Source: Auanema rhodensis | Lineage: Eukaryota; Animalia; Nematoda | Length of the DNA: 64,000 nt | Assembly (NCBI GenBank): GCA_964057225.1 | Contig: OZ059895.1 | Coordinates: 7,936,001 to 8,000,000 of the forward strand | Reading direction: 5' to 3' | Shown: piece after piece, positions 1 to 13,568 of the stretch | Layout of the letters: each line of letters begins with the position of its first letter | Position numbering within the stretch: the stretch's first letter is position 1 | The notes under the pieces: generated by a model | Databases searched by the model: none | Told to the model about the DNA's origin: nothing | What the model saw: only the letters and a program-made list of their open reading frames with translations | Translations under genes and position numbers: made by a program

Positions 1-1657
1 CTTAGTGACAACGAGTTAATAAAGAGGAGATTTGTGTATAAAACGAATAATTCAGTATAGATGACCACAACGACATTGTCGACTTTGATAGATGTACTGA
101 CCCAGAAAACATACACGTTTTTCATCTTATCTGTAACTATCGTCGATTTTCATCTGTCGTTCCTCTTCATCAACGTCGTCTTCCTCGGCTTTGTCGTCTT
201 CATAGTTTTCACGGCAGTTGTTGTCATCTTCAGTCTTCTGATATGAGGCTTCTTCCTTCATTAAGCTACTTTTCAAACTTAAACATTCAATTTGACTAAC
301 ATTTTCAACAGTTTCTTGCCATTCACCACTTATATATTTCTTGTTTTTCCTTTTAAGTTTGAATTATTACGAATAGAATAAGCTGAAGTTGTATTAGGTA
401 CGAGTAGAAAATAAGAAAAATTTTACATGTAAATAGGCTAATCTAATTTGTATAATTTCATCAGTAGATCACATATTTAATATAATTAAATTAAAATTAT
501 AGAATCAAATGATTATTTATATTTTTATGTCTTTTTGACCTTTTGAACTTACTCATGATCTCAGCTCATATCAATTTCTGTCAAACAATATCAAATTTCA
601 TAATTATTCTCAAATACATCCAGATCACTTCAGAATTTATTTTCTGCTGAATTTTCTCTATCAAAATAAAATTCAAAAAAGGTTGAACATAACTGATGTT
701 CCCTTCAGAATTTTTGGTTCATCTATAATGAAAGCAGTTATTCGAATGATTTTTTTTTGTCCATCTAACCTTCAAATGATGTCCGGCCAACCTACTTTTC
801 AATAGTTCGGCATACAGATGGACACTTGTCAATAAAAAGAAAAAAAGCACAAGAACCTAAGCATAGATATCGATACAAAGTGAGAAAAAGGACGATGCGT
901 TTAGAGAGAGAGAGAGAGAGAGAAAGATAGAGAGAGGGGAAGGGAGGGAGAGAGAGAAATAGGGAACACTTGAAAGGCATACGTATCAGATTCAGATTTT
1001 TTGATAAAAAGGTTACTAAAAGATGTGCCGAATTCTTATACGTATGTCAGTTCTCACATACATAGAGATGTGGGTGGGCTGAAAAGTATTCAATGGCTAT
1101 GATAATAGCTAACCGTTTTTGCCGATGATTATGATGCTGCAAATACATTTCAAATCATTAAAATCAGGTTTTCTCAATTATATGAAGTATAATTATGCAA
1201 ATGATTCTCATGTTATAATCTTTTAGACATCTTCTTTCTTATTGAAAATTAAGCAAATGGGCGTAGGGTCATTCATTGTCATCATCACTATTTCATTTTA
1301 GATTATAATCCAATGAAAGAGCATATAATATTAATTTTCTGATATACAAACATACATATAAGAAAATATTTAATTATAATTATATAATATTTTAAATATA
1401 GTTATAGTTTAATATTCGTTTTCTCCTATTTTTTCTCCTTGAATACATAAATTAAACTCTTATATTCGATGTTCATCTCGTAAACACTTGACACAACAGG
1501 TGATGAGACCCCTTCAAGATGTACGCAAGGCCCATCGAGCCCTATCTCACCTTATAACTACATCTGCCTTACGTTCTCTCTCTTTCTCTCTTTTTCTATT
1601 TCAATATCATTCTTTCTTTATTACTTATTCTCTTCCTCTCCCTCTTTATCTCCTTCT

Positions 1658-1663
<6 letters not shown>

Positions 1664-1722
<59 letters not shown>
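1664..1722 (+). repeat. (TC)n microsatellite
   Basis: Perfect TC run about 100 nt upstream of the + strand gene start. Confidence 0.9.
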
Positions 1723-1727
<5 letters not shown>

Positions 1728-1819
1728 AATATTTCTATATGGCTGGTGTTCTTTCTTTCTGATACATCTAAGCCAGAGCATACGTACTATTTTACGTTTT
1801 CAGTTCATTCACTTGCCCT

Positions 1820-2842
1820 ATGAGGCTACCAGACATTCTTTCCGCTTTAACTCTGAACGTCGTGCTCGCTCTATTCTCCATGATAATGGCCATTTTTGCA
1901 TTAGGATTGCTAGCCTTTGTACTTGCCAAGGTAAATCACATTTGGAATAACTTTCATATGCTTAGCTAGCTTTAAAAAGTTCAGCAAGTTTTTACACTTT
2001 ACTTTCCTTTAATATTAATTTTTTATAGGAAAATCAAACAGCAAGAGCTGAAGCTTCTCGGTTTCATCCACGAGATAAAATTCGTCGACATGAAAGCACT
2101 ATTGTAGATTTCAGCAAGCCAAGTAGTAAGTTTTTTCTTTAAAATTTCAAAAACATAATGTTCTTCCACTTTAAGCTGTACCAGATCATTTCCTCCAATT
2201 GAACACTTTGATGTTTCAAAAAAAGAAAAATAATCAGGTATTATCATAATATATAATTAGTATAGTTAAACAGAAACTTTTTAAGATTAAACAAGTTGCT
2301 ACACCTATTCAAATAGAAGGCATGGATACTATGATGAGTTCTATCGATGAGGAACAGTTCAGCAACCGAGCTTTACCTCCACTTCCGGTAATATTTGAAT
2401 TCACAAAATTATAAATATGCTTATATAAAATTTAGGGAGAGATTTTGAGAAATCAAGTAGAGAATTCTGCAGATCGTCGACGTGCACGTAGATCAGATTC
2501 ATCATCTGATGATGAACCGATAACTATCACAACAACAATGTAAGATTTTTGGTTTTAACTGATTTACACTAAACGAAATTCAGGTCGTCATCCACGGATT
2601 CGAGTTCAGAAGGAGAAGTTGACAGCATCTCAACTCAATCAACTGAAGCAACATCAAGCATTGCTGATGTTTCACTAGAAACATCGTCAACATCAACAAC
2701 AACAACAACTTTTCATGAAAGCTTAACAGCAGAAAAACCAAAATCAACTGAAGAATGGATTGAAGAAAAATCAACTATTGAGCCACTTGCCAGGAAAGTC
2801 GTGTTAGAATTAGACTGTGGTTCTGAGTTTTCGCTCTGCTAA
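1820..2842 (+). CDS. Uncharacterised signal-anchor/secreted protein with Ser/Thr-rich (mucin-like) C-terminal half, ~244 aa, 6 exons
   Basis: Exons 1820-1930, 2029-2125, 2176-2237, 2286-2387, 2436-2539, 2584-2842. All introns are GT-AG (44-98 nt) and phases are consistent (735 nt). Starts MRLPDILSALTLNVVLALFSMIMAIFALGLLAFVLAK (hydrophobic), contains RRRARR and an S/T-rich tract, ends LELDCGSEFSLC*. A TTTTCAG acceptor at 1797-1803 precedes the ATG. Confidence 0.8.
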
Positions 2843-3068
2843 TAAGATTTAACCAGATATTCATACTAAGATATAAGACTTAGCTTAGGTTGCATCTATA
2901 TTTATATATATATATATTTATTTATTTATTTTTTCAATTTCAAAATTATTATTTTTCAAATTTTTATTTTAAAGACTCTGCCTCACACATTCTTTTGAGA
3001 ATTTGATAGAAAATTGGGTTTGTACAGTTTAATATTAATACTCTTCCTAAATCTTTAAAATGCACTCT

Positions 3069-3101
<33 letters not shown>

Positions 3102-3875
3102 TCTTTTCACTCTTTTATCCAAAGTTCTATATACAAAAATATACAAATCACTCTAGAAACAGGTTGCGTTATTCATATAATATTATATAATTTACATATT
3201 TTTGTTTAAAATTATATTTAATTATATAATTTTATATTATTATTATTATTATTTTTGTTTTAAAAAATAACAACTGAAAAGGATGTATTTTTCTTCATAT
3301 ATCCTATCTGAATCATTCTAATATACGCACACATTGCTCTCATTATAACACAACGAATAGTCATTACATTCCTTTTCATCTCAGTTGTTGTATTAATTTA
3401 TAAAAAATAAAATAATTATTTATAAAATAAAATTCTTTTTAAATCTTTTATTATTGAAATTTAATAATTTGTATAGCAGTTTAATAGAGAATATATCCCT
3501 GAATACATTAGCAAGATTGTCAGTAAAAACCCGTTAAATTCAGATGTTGAGAAACTAATATAGCTCATAGTAAGAGAATAATTAATGTTTCATCTTGAAA
3601 ATGATATAAAAGAAAAAAAAGATAAAATCAAAGATATTTTTCCTTTTTTTTTTAAATAAATTGAAGAAAATAAAAATCAAATAACTTATTTGTTTTTAAA
3701 TTAATAGAAAAAGAAGAAGAAGAAGATTATTGGATATTCAGAATACAATTTGTGGTATTAAAGAAGATTATAGATGAAAATCTCTTTCATTACTATATCC
3801 GGCATCGTTTTTGACCGTGTGAATATAGACCCGTATACATATAGGTTGATCATGTTTGAGTTATGACGTCAGATG

Positions 3876-5517
3876 TCAAGAGATGGATGGCCTCAAGACG
3901 ACTTCTGGAAGATGTTCGTCATTTAATTCCCGCTCTGTTGTCACTTCACTACAACAGGAATGTAGATCCTGAAACAATGCTAATGTATACATATAATATA
4001 GATAATTATATAAGAATATATATAATTTATTAATGAAGATAAACGATGAAATAAAATGTAAAATGGTAGAAAAAAGTTTTGTTGTTTAAGAAAAACTGTT
4101 GAACTCAAATGTTCTCGCATCGTTTTGTTTCAGAAAAGAAGAAGAAGAAGAAGAAGAAGAAGAAGAAGAAGAAAGAGCAATGATATGAATATATAATACA
4201 ACTAACCACTGAATCAATATCTGCTAAAGGAGCTAAACCCAGTTGAGGTTGATGTATTTCAACAAGTGTACTGCAAATATAGTTTTATAATACTAATAAT
4301 GATTAAAAAAAACTATTTTTTTCATTACTAATGAATTACCTGAAACGATTTGAAGATCGATTGGAATATGTAGGTATTGGAGAATTCTTATCAAATTCAT
4401 CTGATGTCACAGTTCGATCCTTCGGTTCTAATGTATCATTTGGTTCTTCAATAGACAAAAGACGTCGACGTTTTTGACAAAAAGCATCATCCGTTATAAT
4501 CTAAAATAAAATATTAATTATATATTATATTATATTGTTTATTTATTTATTTATTATATATTTTAAGAAATCAATACACAAATGAACAAATACTTGTGAA
4601 AGAGTTCTTACCTCTGTATGCCTATCACGACTTTCCAATGTGACTACACAAGCAATTATTAGAATAAATGATCCAATTCCCATTAAAACTGGTCCCAAAT
4701 ACTATGAATTATCAGTTATTATATCAATTATATAGTTTATTATATGATAATACCTGCATACTCTTTAACTGATATTGTATAAATTTATCATAATATAAGG
4801 ATTCAATACCTTCTATGACCGCAACTTTCTAAATAATCATAATTATACATATATTTATATGTTATAATCATATGTTATAGTCATATTTGAAAACTTGAAA
4901 GCATAAAGCATATCATGTTTATAATTTCTTTGTTTTATTCAAATTTTTGTTAGCTAAATCTCTTTATATACCTGTGAAAAATGTTTATCAAAATATCCTA
5001 TTACAGTCATTGCCAAACCAACTACTATAACAATACTACCAAACATAACTGCTCGACAAGCAGCCCATACTGTCTGAAAAAATACATTTTTTAGTAAAAA
5101 ATATTTAAAAAAGACAGAAAAAGAAAATTATTTTAAAGTTTTTTTTTATAATTTCTATTGCATTTGGTACACTTTGAAAGAAATATAACCATCTGTTCTG
5201 ATTCAAAATGTAATTTTTGTCAAAAAAAAAAAGACTTCTGGTACATTGCTTCGCTACGCTTTTAGACAAAATATTAGTATTATATACGAAAATCAACGTA
5301 TTCAATATTCTTTTTTAATTTTTTTAACTTTCTATACTATTGTAAGAATTGATTAATTATTTATAAAAATATGATTGCAATATGAGTAAACAAAGAAGTC
5401 ACGAAAGTATGGAGGAAATGTCATTCCATAACAATTCACCTTTGAACTTTTATTTTTTTCGATTTTAAGAATTTTGTTTTATTTTATATTGTAAACAAAC
5501 AGATTTTAATTTGTTTA

Positions 5518-5570
<53 letters not shown>

Positions 5571-6545
5571 ACATATGTTTCAAAGAAAATCAAGCTTATT
5601 CTCTTTGTTTCGACGTAAGCAGAACAGTTTTTCTGGACAACTTTTTCAAATAGTTATCGAATTACCGTAAAGTTAGAGCATTGATTTAAGGTTCAGAAAG
5701 AAAATATTAAGATTCTTATAAGAAACTTTTTCAAAAAAAGAAAAAAAAATTGTGAAGAAATCTGCTAAAAGATTTACAAGGAGATATACAATAGTATATA
5801 TAGTACTACAAGAAATGTTGCCAGAACGTTCGAGATTAGTTGCAACTACTCCTGAATGCTTCCGAAGCAACGGAACAAAATATTGGAAAAGCTTTGCTAA
5901 ATAGCAAACATACCCGATCATAGTCAGATAAGCTGACCATATACATGTGGAGAAATATGTAAAAATGATAATAATTGAGTTAAATTATTCAAATCAAACA
6001 ACAGGATGATGTTGTATCTGTGAGGTTCAGGTCAGGTCGCTAGCTAAAACTGGATAGGCTTTCCAAAAGAAGGCGGAGCACGTATAACCACGTCTATCTT
6101 TCTATCTCTCTTTCTCTCTTTCTTCAAGCATAAAGACCATTACTATTTCTTTTCTTGTTCTTATGTTAGTAGACTTAGTTCAGTTGATGAGAAAAGAAAA
6201 GAATGTATTTAAGTTGAAAGAAGGATCATGAATAGAGTAAGAAACAAGAGTTAGAAGAGAAAAAGTGAAAAGTTTAGAAAAATACACACATATTCAAAGA
6301 GAACTAGAGAAATAAAGAAAAAGAGAGAGATAAAAAACAAAAGCACTAAAGATGGAGAGAGTTCGTAGAAAGTATTAAGTACGAAACGAGCATGAAATAT
6401 TCTCCGGATATCTATAATAGAGCTTGAGAAAGTATAGATATGCAATAGATTGAGGAGAAGCAAGGACAAGCTTCATAAGGATCTGAGGTGAGAAAACGTT
6501 CAAGCGTAGTTGATAGTGTGAATGAAACAAAAAAATGAACTCGGG

Positions 6546-6606
<61 letters not shown>

Positions 6607-8046
6607 CAAAGAAGAGAATGGGGAAAGAAAAAACTTTTTTTACTCTGGATGAATATCTGAAATGTAAACGTGCAGTTTTTAACAAAAAAAATAAGAAAAA
6701 TTCCACAAAAAAGTGTGAAATATCTATAAGATTGATAGAGATAGAGAGAGAGAGAGTAAGGAAGAAAACTGAGTAATACATAAGTTTCAAAATAGTGTTT
6801 TCAATTCATGATCATTGAAATGATGAAGCATAACGCTTAAAGCATCTCAGGTTGTCATAGTAACAGAACTATTTGATATATATATATATATATCTTTGTA
6901 CATATAGTTATAACAAATATATTTTTTTATATTTTAACTATAATAAGAACATATATAACTCAAATTCAATTAACAAAGCTTTTTTTACAATATCTCAATA
7001 TTTTGCAAAAAGGAAGAAAGATAATTTTGTGAAATCTATTTTAATATAAACAACATGCCTAAAACGTTTGCCATGTTTTTTTTTCAGTTTGTTGTGTTGA
7101 ATGTTTCAATAAAGAATATAAAAATAAAAAAAAAGATATTTAGAGATGCATGGATATGCCTGTTGTATACATATGCAGCTTAGAGCTTAAAACTTAGAGA
7201 AAACAATTTCAAATACAAATATTTTCTGCGAAGCTGTGGATGATTTGACTTGTACATATCTTCTAAAAACTGGCTAAACTAAGAATAACTATATTTCTAT
7301 AGTAATATCGAAAAAACAATTTTTTTGAAAGAAACAACAGTAAGTTAGTTTGCAAGATTTAATGATATCCGAAAAGCTTATCATGGAAACATGATATCAT
7401 GTACTTGCTCAAAAAGAAAAAAGTTTGAAAATATAGACATGAAATCGTAAAAAATGTTTAAAAATAAAAATTTAATTATATAAAAATGATTTTCACCTTT
7501 CTATTTTGAGCATAATATGAGTTAGCAAATATAGATTTAGCATGAATTGATAGCTTGCCAGCCATCAAGCTTCGGTTTCTCAATTGAAATTTTTTTTTTC
7601 AATATTAACTAATTTCAGTTAAGATTGATTGTATTTCTTGAAAACTACTTTGATTAGTTTATTTCTTTCTTTTTCTCTCCCATTCTTATACTTTCTATCT
7701 TTCAATCCGTCTAATCTTCTCGTTTCGAAAGCCATATATTCGAGATATTTATATAAACTCCGCCTTTATTTAAAATATTATATTATCAGGATTTAGATAT
7801 ATATATATTTTATTTTTTAATCTATTATTACTATAATTACCTTGGCATCTGCTTTCTTTTTTATCCTAATACGTGGTTTTTTTGGTGGTTCTTCTTTTTT
7901 CTGTTCATATCTTCTGTATAAGGTTAAAACATATTTTAATATATAATAAGCATTTGAATATACCTGAGTCGATCTCCAGGAAGTTGATTGAGATCAGATA
8001 GATTGATCTTACCAAGACCTAATGAAACTCCTCGGGCAGCTAACAT
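3876..8046 (-). CDS. TMEM200: TMEM200/DUF2371-family two-pass membrane protein, ~246 aa, 8 exons
   Basis: Exons 8046-7964, 7913-7841, 5073-4972, 4828-4754, 4701-4612, 4500-4340, 4270-4207, 3968-3876 (741 nt, GT-AG, in phase). Basic N-terminus (KKPRIRIKKK), TM1 AVMFGSIVIVVGLAMTVIGY, TM2 YLGPVLMGIGSFILIIACVVTLESRD resembling the TMEM200 GPxxMGIGxFI...ExRD signature. Confidence 0.8.
4138..4172 (+). repeat. (GAA)n microsatellite
   Basis: About 11-12 GAA units in the last intron of the TMEM200-like gene. Confidence 0.9.
5526..5568. repeat. (TA)n microsatellite
   Basis: Perfect TA run; similar runs near 8508-8555, 23484-23513, 42276-42326, 52657-52683. Confidence 0.9.
6851..6864. promoter_or_regulatory. 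Candidate RFX/DAF-19 X-box (GTTGTCATAGTAAC) in intron 2 of the TMEM200-like gene
   Basis: Full match to the nematode X-box consensus RTHNYY-WT-RRNRAC. A one-mismatch copy lies at 7377-7390 (reverse complement GTTTCCATGATAAG). The intronic position is atypical. Confidence 0.4.
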
Positions 8047-8507
8047 GCTGATATTATCTCAGATATTACTGCCCTTTCTATACTTCCATTTCAAAAATTT
8101 CAAAAATATTTTCTGAAAAATGTAAAATTCACAAATGAAACAAAATTTTTCTTTTATTTTAAAAGTACATAACAAACAAAATATAAATAAACATCAATAT
8201 TATATTATATTTTAAATAAAAAATAAATAAAAATAATATTTTAATATAAAATAATAGAGGAAGAAACAAACATTTTGAATGAAAAATGTTCTAAGAAGAG
8301 GTATGTTTCAGAAAGTTCTTCTATTATTGAACAATTAAGAATTAATGAAGATTTTAAAGAACAAATGACTAATTTATATACTATGAATACTATATTTTAT
8401 AATTATTTACTTATTATTTTTTAAAAAGCAATATAATTTATATAAATAAACAATATGTAATCATTGAAAGAATTTCAAAAATGTAGTTCAAAGAAATAAT
8501 TAAATAC

Positions 8508-8559
<52 letters not shown>

Positions 8560-8772
8560 GGATATGTATAAATATAATTCAAATACACTTCTTTTTTTTT
8601 GTTTGGAAAAAATTGCTTTTGTCAAAAAAATTAGGAAAAAAAGTTATTTTCGCATACAATTCAGAAAAAAAGCTTGTTGAAAATTAAAGTTAGTTATCTA
8701 AAAGGCTAATACACAATCACCAAATACAGAGAAAAACGTTCGATTAAAATATAATAAGAATCATTGCGATGG

Positions 8773-8812
<40 letters not shown>

Positions 8813-8815
8813 GAA

Positions 8816-8852
<37 letters not shown>

Positions 8853-11756
8853 ATAAAAAATTGAAACTAAGAAATAAATTATACAACGACTATATATGAA
8901 GAGAAAACTAAAATAAAAGTTTAGAGCAGACAAGTTGAACAAAATAAATGAACATAATGTTCTTGAAGAAGATAAGACAAGATAAGAAAGTAAGAAATGA
9001 AAATGAACAGCTGTTAGATGTTGAATCAGCTAGTCTATCATGTCAAAATCCTATTGAGAAATATATATATATATATGAAAATAAAGAAATTTTTATTGAA
9101 AATGAAACAGAGAAAAACAAATTTAAATTTAAAGATTTTTGCTAGTTATTAGACTTTGCTTTCGTAAAATAGAAACAAAAATTGTATTTTCCTTTACATC
9201 TTTTCCTGAAAAATAATTTGAAAGGAATAAAAATTTGGAATTTGGATATTAAAATTCATGGACTCTTGATTAGAATGACGTCGTAATGAAAACTAATGTG
9301 TGTCCAACGGCTAAATGAAGAAAAGAAAAAAGAAGAAACTAAGAGAGAGGGAAAGAGAGAGAGAGAGGGAGAAAGAAAGAGAAGAGAGAAAGAAAGAGAG
9401 AGAGAGAAAAAGAGATTAACAATCTATAAAGAAAAAACATGATGAGCAGAAGTGAAAAAAAGAGAAAGAGAGAGAGAGGTTACAGGATGAAAGAAGAAGA
9501 AAATCTCATTGTCGAATATGTATGTGCATATATGTTCTATAAGACAATTGTATTCTAAAGTTTGGAAAAGGTGAAGGGGAAAAGGAAATAAGAAAGATCA
9601 TTCTGGTTGCAATGTTGACCACGAATGCTTTCTTGCTACTTGAAATCTTAAGCTAACTTGCCAACTTGAAGTGATTTTGATTGAAATCTAGTGGAAAAAC
9701 TAATGAACATAAGAGTTGTAGGTGGATGACAAAGAGAAAACATGGATTGACGGAGCTGAATAATTGAATTTTCTAGATAACGGAAAGATGGTTGCTGTCT
9801 CTTTGACAGCAACCATCTTGGTAGCAAGAAAAAAGCTGAATGGAATAATAGTCCGGAGAGAACGTTAGAATTCTCATGATTTGCCAAAATCTTTTGTCCA
9901 GATGTCTGATACGATTAGGACTGAAAGTGTGGATGGAAAAAGCTCCGAGTTCTTTAGAGAGGGTGGAGTTAGAATGAGGGAGGGGGAGATGATACAGAAT
10001 TTGGTTGTGAAGCACACATGCACACAGAACTTAAATTGAGAATCTATAGTCTGAGGACATGAAGGGAAAGAGAGAGAGAGAGGGAGAGAGAGAGAGAGAG
10101 ATAAAGGCAGTGATGGAGAGGTTTGAGTAATGGGGAAAAAGAGGAAGGTAGCGAAATATTTGGAAAACTAGAGAGAAAAAAGAGTTACGAAGATAAAAAG
10201 AGAAAAATAGAGAGAGCTTTAGGGCGAAGTATAAAAACAGAATATGGGATATAGGAGGGATATGATGAAAGAAAGAGAACGAAGGTTTGAACTAATTGAA
10301 ATTTTGGGAAACATGGAATACTATGGTCGCTAGTGACTTCACCGCTTCACAGAACAAGAGAAATATGGGAAAAAAGTAAAGGAGAGATCAAAAAATAAAA
10401 TGACAAACCGAGAGAAAACGAGAAAGTAAAGAATTTAGAGAGAGAGAGAGCAACATAAAGGTTCCTTGAAACGTAATGGAATAGTAAAACAGAATAACAG
10501 AGAAGGTAGAATGAAAAGAAAGACATAGAACCGGAAAATGAGAGTGTGACAGAGAGGGAGAGAAAGCGAGAAGGAGTGAGAAGAAAGGAAAGATAAAGAG
10601 AGAGTGAAACGAGAAGAAGGTTAAATTATAAAAAGATCACAGAAAAAAGGTTTAGAATGTTATATTTTTGGGTTTTTCGTCAATTTCAAAAACGAGTGAA
10701 TGTATGTATGTATACTATGTAGTTAAGTCTGAAATTGGCTTAAATACGACGAATAAGGAAGAGTGAAATGGGAAGAAAGTATAGGTGATAGATAAATTGA
10801 TTCTCTAAAGAGAAAATATATTCCATGAGAGAGAGAGAGAGAGAGATAGAGAGAAAGGGTAGTGGTGAGAGAGAAAGAGAGTTGGAAGTGGCTAACACAA
10901 CTCTTTTCAGCAAAAAAAAAAAGTTCGCATAGCCAATTATGCTATTTATTTTATTATTTACAAAATAAATAAAACAGAATTACGTATTTTTGCAAAAAAT
11001 ATCTGAAATAGTATCAACAAGCATGTCCATGAATGAAGGCTCCACAAGCTCATATCAGTAGCAACGATCAATTGGCCCATTTTTCTTTTTCGTTCTTTCA
11101 GCACAGACTCCAGAAGTACTTATTCTTTGTTTAGTCCATTTTTACATTATCTCTAGATAATGCTACATCAATAAAAAAAAATATTTGTTGTTTTGCTTTT
11201 TCACAACAAGAAAAAACAGAAAAATCTGCAAATTTTCTCTAAAACATTGGCTTTATAGCAGAACATTATCTTTTCAATTCTTATAATAAAAATTTCTAAT
11301 AAAATTGAAAAATGTTTCAACAGATATAGAAAAAGAGTGGAAAGAGAGAAAGAGATCTATAGAAAGAAATAGAGAGCTAGAGAGTGAAAAAGAGAAAGAG
11401 AGAGGTTGACAAACTAAAAGAGCTAAAGAGAGAAAGAGAGATCTAGAAAGAGAAAGAAAGTGAGAGAAAATGAGAGTGAATTTGCAAAAAAAAGTAAAGA
11501 AAAGGTTATGAATTTCTTTCTTGCAACCAATATGGACAACTGCTTCCGATATGTGGAACTACACGTTGAAATCTCTACTTTTCTTTCTCATTTCTTCTTG
11601 CAATCTGCCACCCTCAGCTTGGTCCATTCGGCTTATTTTACTATCTTCCTTTACTTCACGACACTCACCTTACCAACAACCAGCCGTCTCTTCTCTTCAT
11701 ATCTCTCTATTTCTCTCTATCCTATAGTTTCAGCTCTTGATCTTTCTCTCTCTCTC

Positions 11757-11788
<32 letters not shown>

Positions 11789-12839
11789 TTTTTTCTTTTT
11801 TTCTCTCTCTCCCTCTCTCTCTCATTATTCAACTCTCTCTTAGTTTTAAAGATTTAAGCATTGTTTAAAAGGTTTACATCTTTTTAAAATGTTTATACAA
11901 AGTGTCGAATTTGGTAAAAACACATGAAAGAAAGAGAAAAGATCATATACAAGTACTCAGATGACTTATTCACTATAGTATTTCTAACTTTCAACCGTTC
12001 AACAAACTTCAAATCATAACCTATGAAGTTCACATACACGTAAAGTGCTTTACATCAATATTATGCTAATTCTATAATAGTATAATTTGAAATATTGAAA
12101 GTAGTTTTTTAAGATAAAAAATGGAAAGAAAATTGTAAAAAGGAGAAATATGCCGAAAAGAACAAACGAAATAATGAATGACCTCAGGGGGCATATCTGC
12201 GTCTCTTTTGGTGCTTCGACTTCTTCATCTGTTCTCTAGACTTCAACCGATCACAATTTCTCTCCGTTTCCTCTACCTTCTCTTCATTTTTCGTCAATCC
12301 ACTCAGCCATTTCTCCATACCTGTCTAGTAAGAGTTATATGGGGTTCTCGTGATGTTAAGGACAAGTCATTTGAGGTTGTTGAACATAAGTTTAAGCGAC
12401 GCATTAGAACTATGAATAAGGAAATACGGAAAAAACGTCATTCATTGTCATTTTTTATTTCCTTTTTTTCTATAAATCTCTCAATTCATATTTCATTTAC
12501 CTTTCCATATATATTTCCCTTCCTGTCTCTCTCTATCTGTCTCTCTCTCTCTCTATCTCTCTCTCTATATCTTCTCATATAACCAAATAATTCTCATTCG
12601 TTTGTCATTTATATATTATTGAAAATCTAAATTATATAGAATTGTTAGCTTTTAAAAAAATAAATAAGAGAATAAAACTGTGAAATGAACTATATTTCAA
12701 CACACACACACACACAGAAATATGATATTCGATATATTACGTTTTTTATTGAAAAATAAAAGGTAAACGTAATATTAATGCCAAATGAAAGGTTCATAGC
12801 TGGATGAATATAAACATAAAACTCTTCTTTACTATTTAC

Positions 12840-13261
12840 CATTAGATGTTTACTAGAATGACTTGTTGAAGTAAAAAAAAATAAAAGATGAAGATGGAAT
12901 GATGTGAAGAAGAGAAGGAGGAGGAAACGTCAGTTGAATAATTTGGATGTTTGCATGAATAAATTGATTCTGAATCTATCTAGTCCACGAATTATTATTT
13001 AATGCTTATATGTATAGATAACATAAAATGCCAAACGAAGAGACTCGTGATGATGTTGGAGGTTGTGCTATTGCTACTGCTGCTGTTGCTACTGCTAGTT
13101 GCTAGTAGTTGCTACTGCTCTGCTGGACAACGATGATGATGATGATGGTGATGATGACGATGATGACGACGACCAATTGCTTGCGGCTACTAGTTCAGGT
13201 CTAGCCACTGCTGTTGGTGGTGTTGCTGTTACCGCTAGAACTGCTAGTCGAGAGCTTCAAA
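12840..13261 (-). other. Putative non-coding (5'UTR) exon, probably of the TMEM200-like gene
   Basis: Locally GC-richer TCA/GCA-repeat block bounded on - by a TTTTAG acceptor (13262-13263) and an ATG|GTAAAT donor (12838-12839). An otherwise unpaired TTTTTCAG acceptor at 8113-8114 sits 66 nt upstream of the TMEM200 ATG. Confidence 0.4.
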
Positions 13262-13568
13262 CTAAAATGCTTGAAAATAACTTTAAAATTCTATTGAAAA
13301 AAGTTTTTTTTCACATTCTAAGTGAGCAAAAAAACAGAATTTTTCATTAATTTTATCTAATTTTATTTATTTATTAGTAATTTAGATTTTACATTTTTAT
13401 TCTTTAAATTTTAAGTTTTAAAAATATTTTAGACGACAAATTGAATCACTATTTAACATTAATAAATACATTTATCAGCATATTAACAATGAAAAAAAAA
13501 ACAAAAATTAAGAGATATGCTGATTCGAAAAACAAGGAAAAATAAAGATTTTGATATAGAAAATCTGA

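Noticed and set aside
13099-13350. + strand poly-Asp ORF (83 aa)
   Set aside because: TTG start and (GAT)n repeat; better explained as the antisense of a putative UTR exon.
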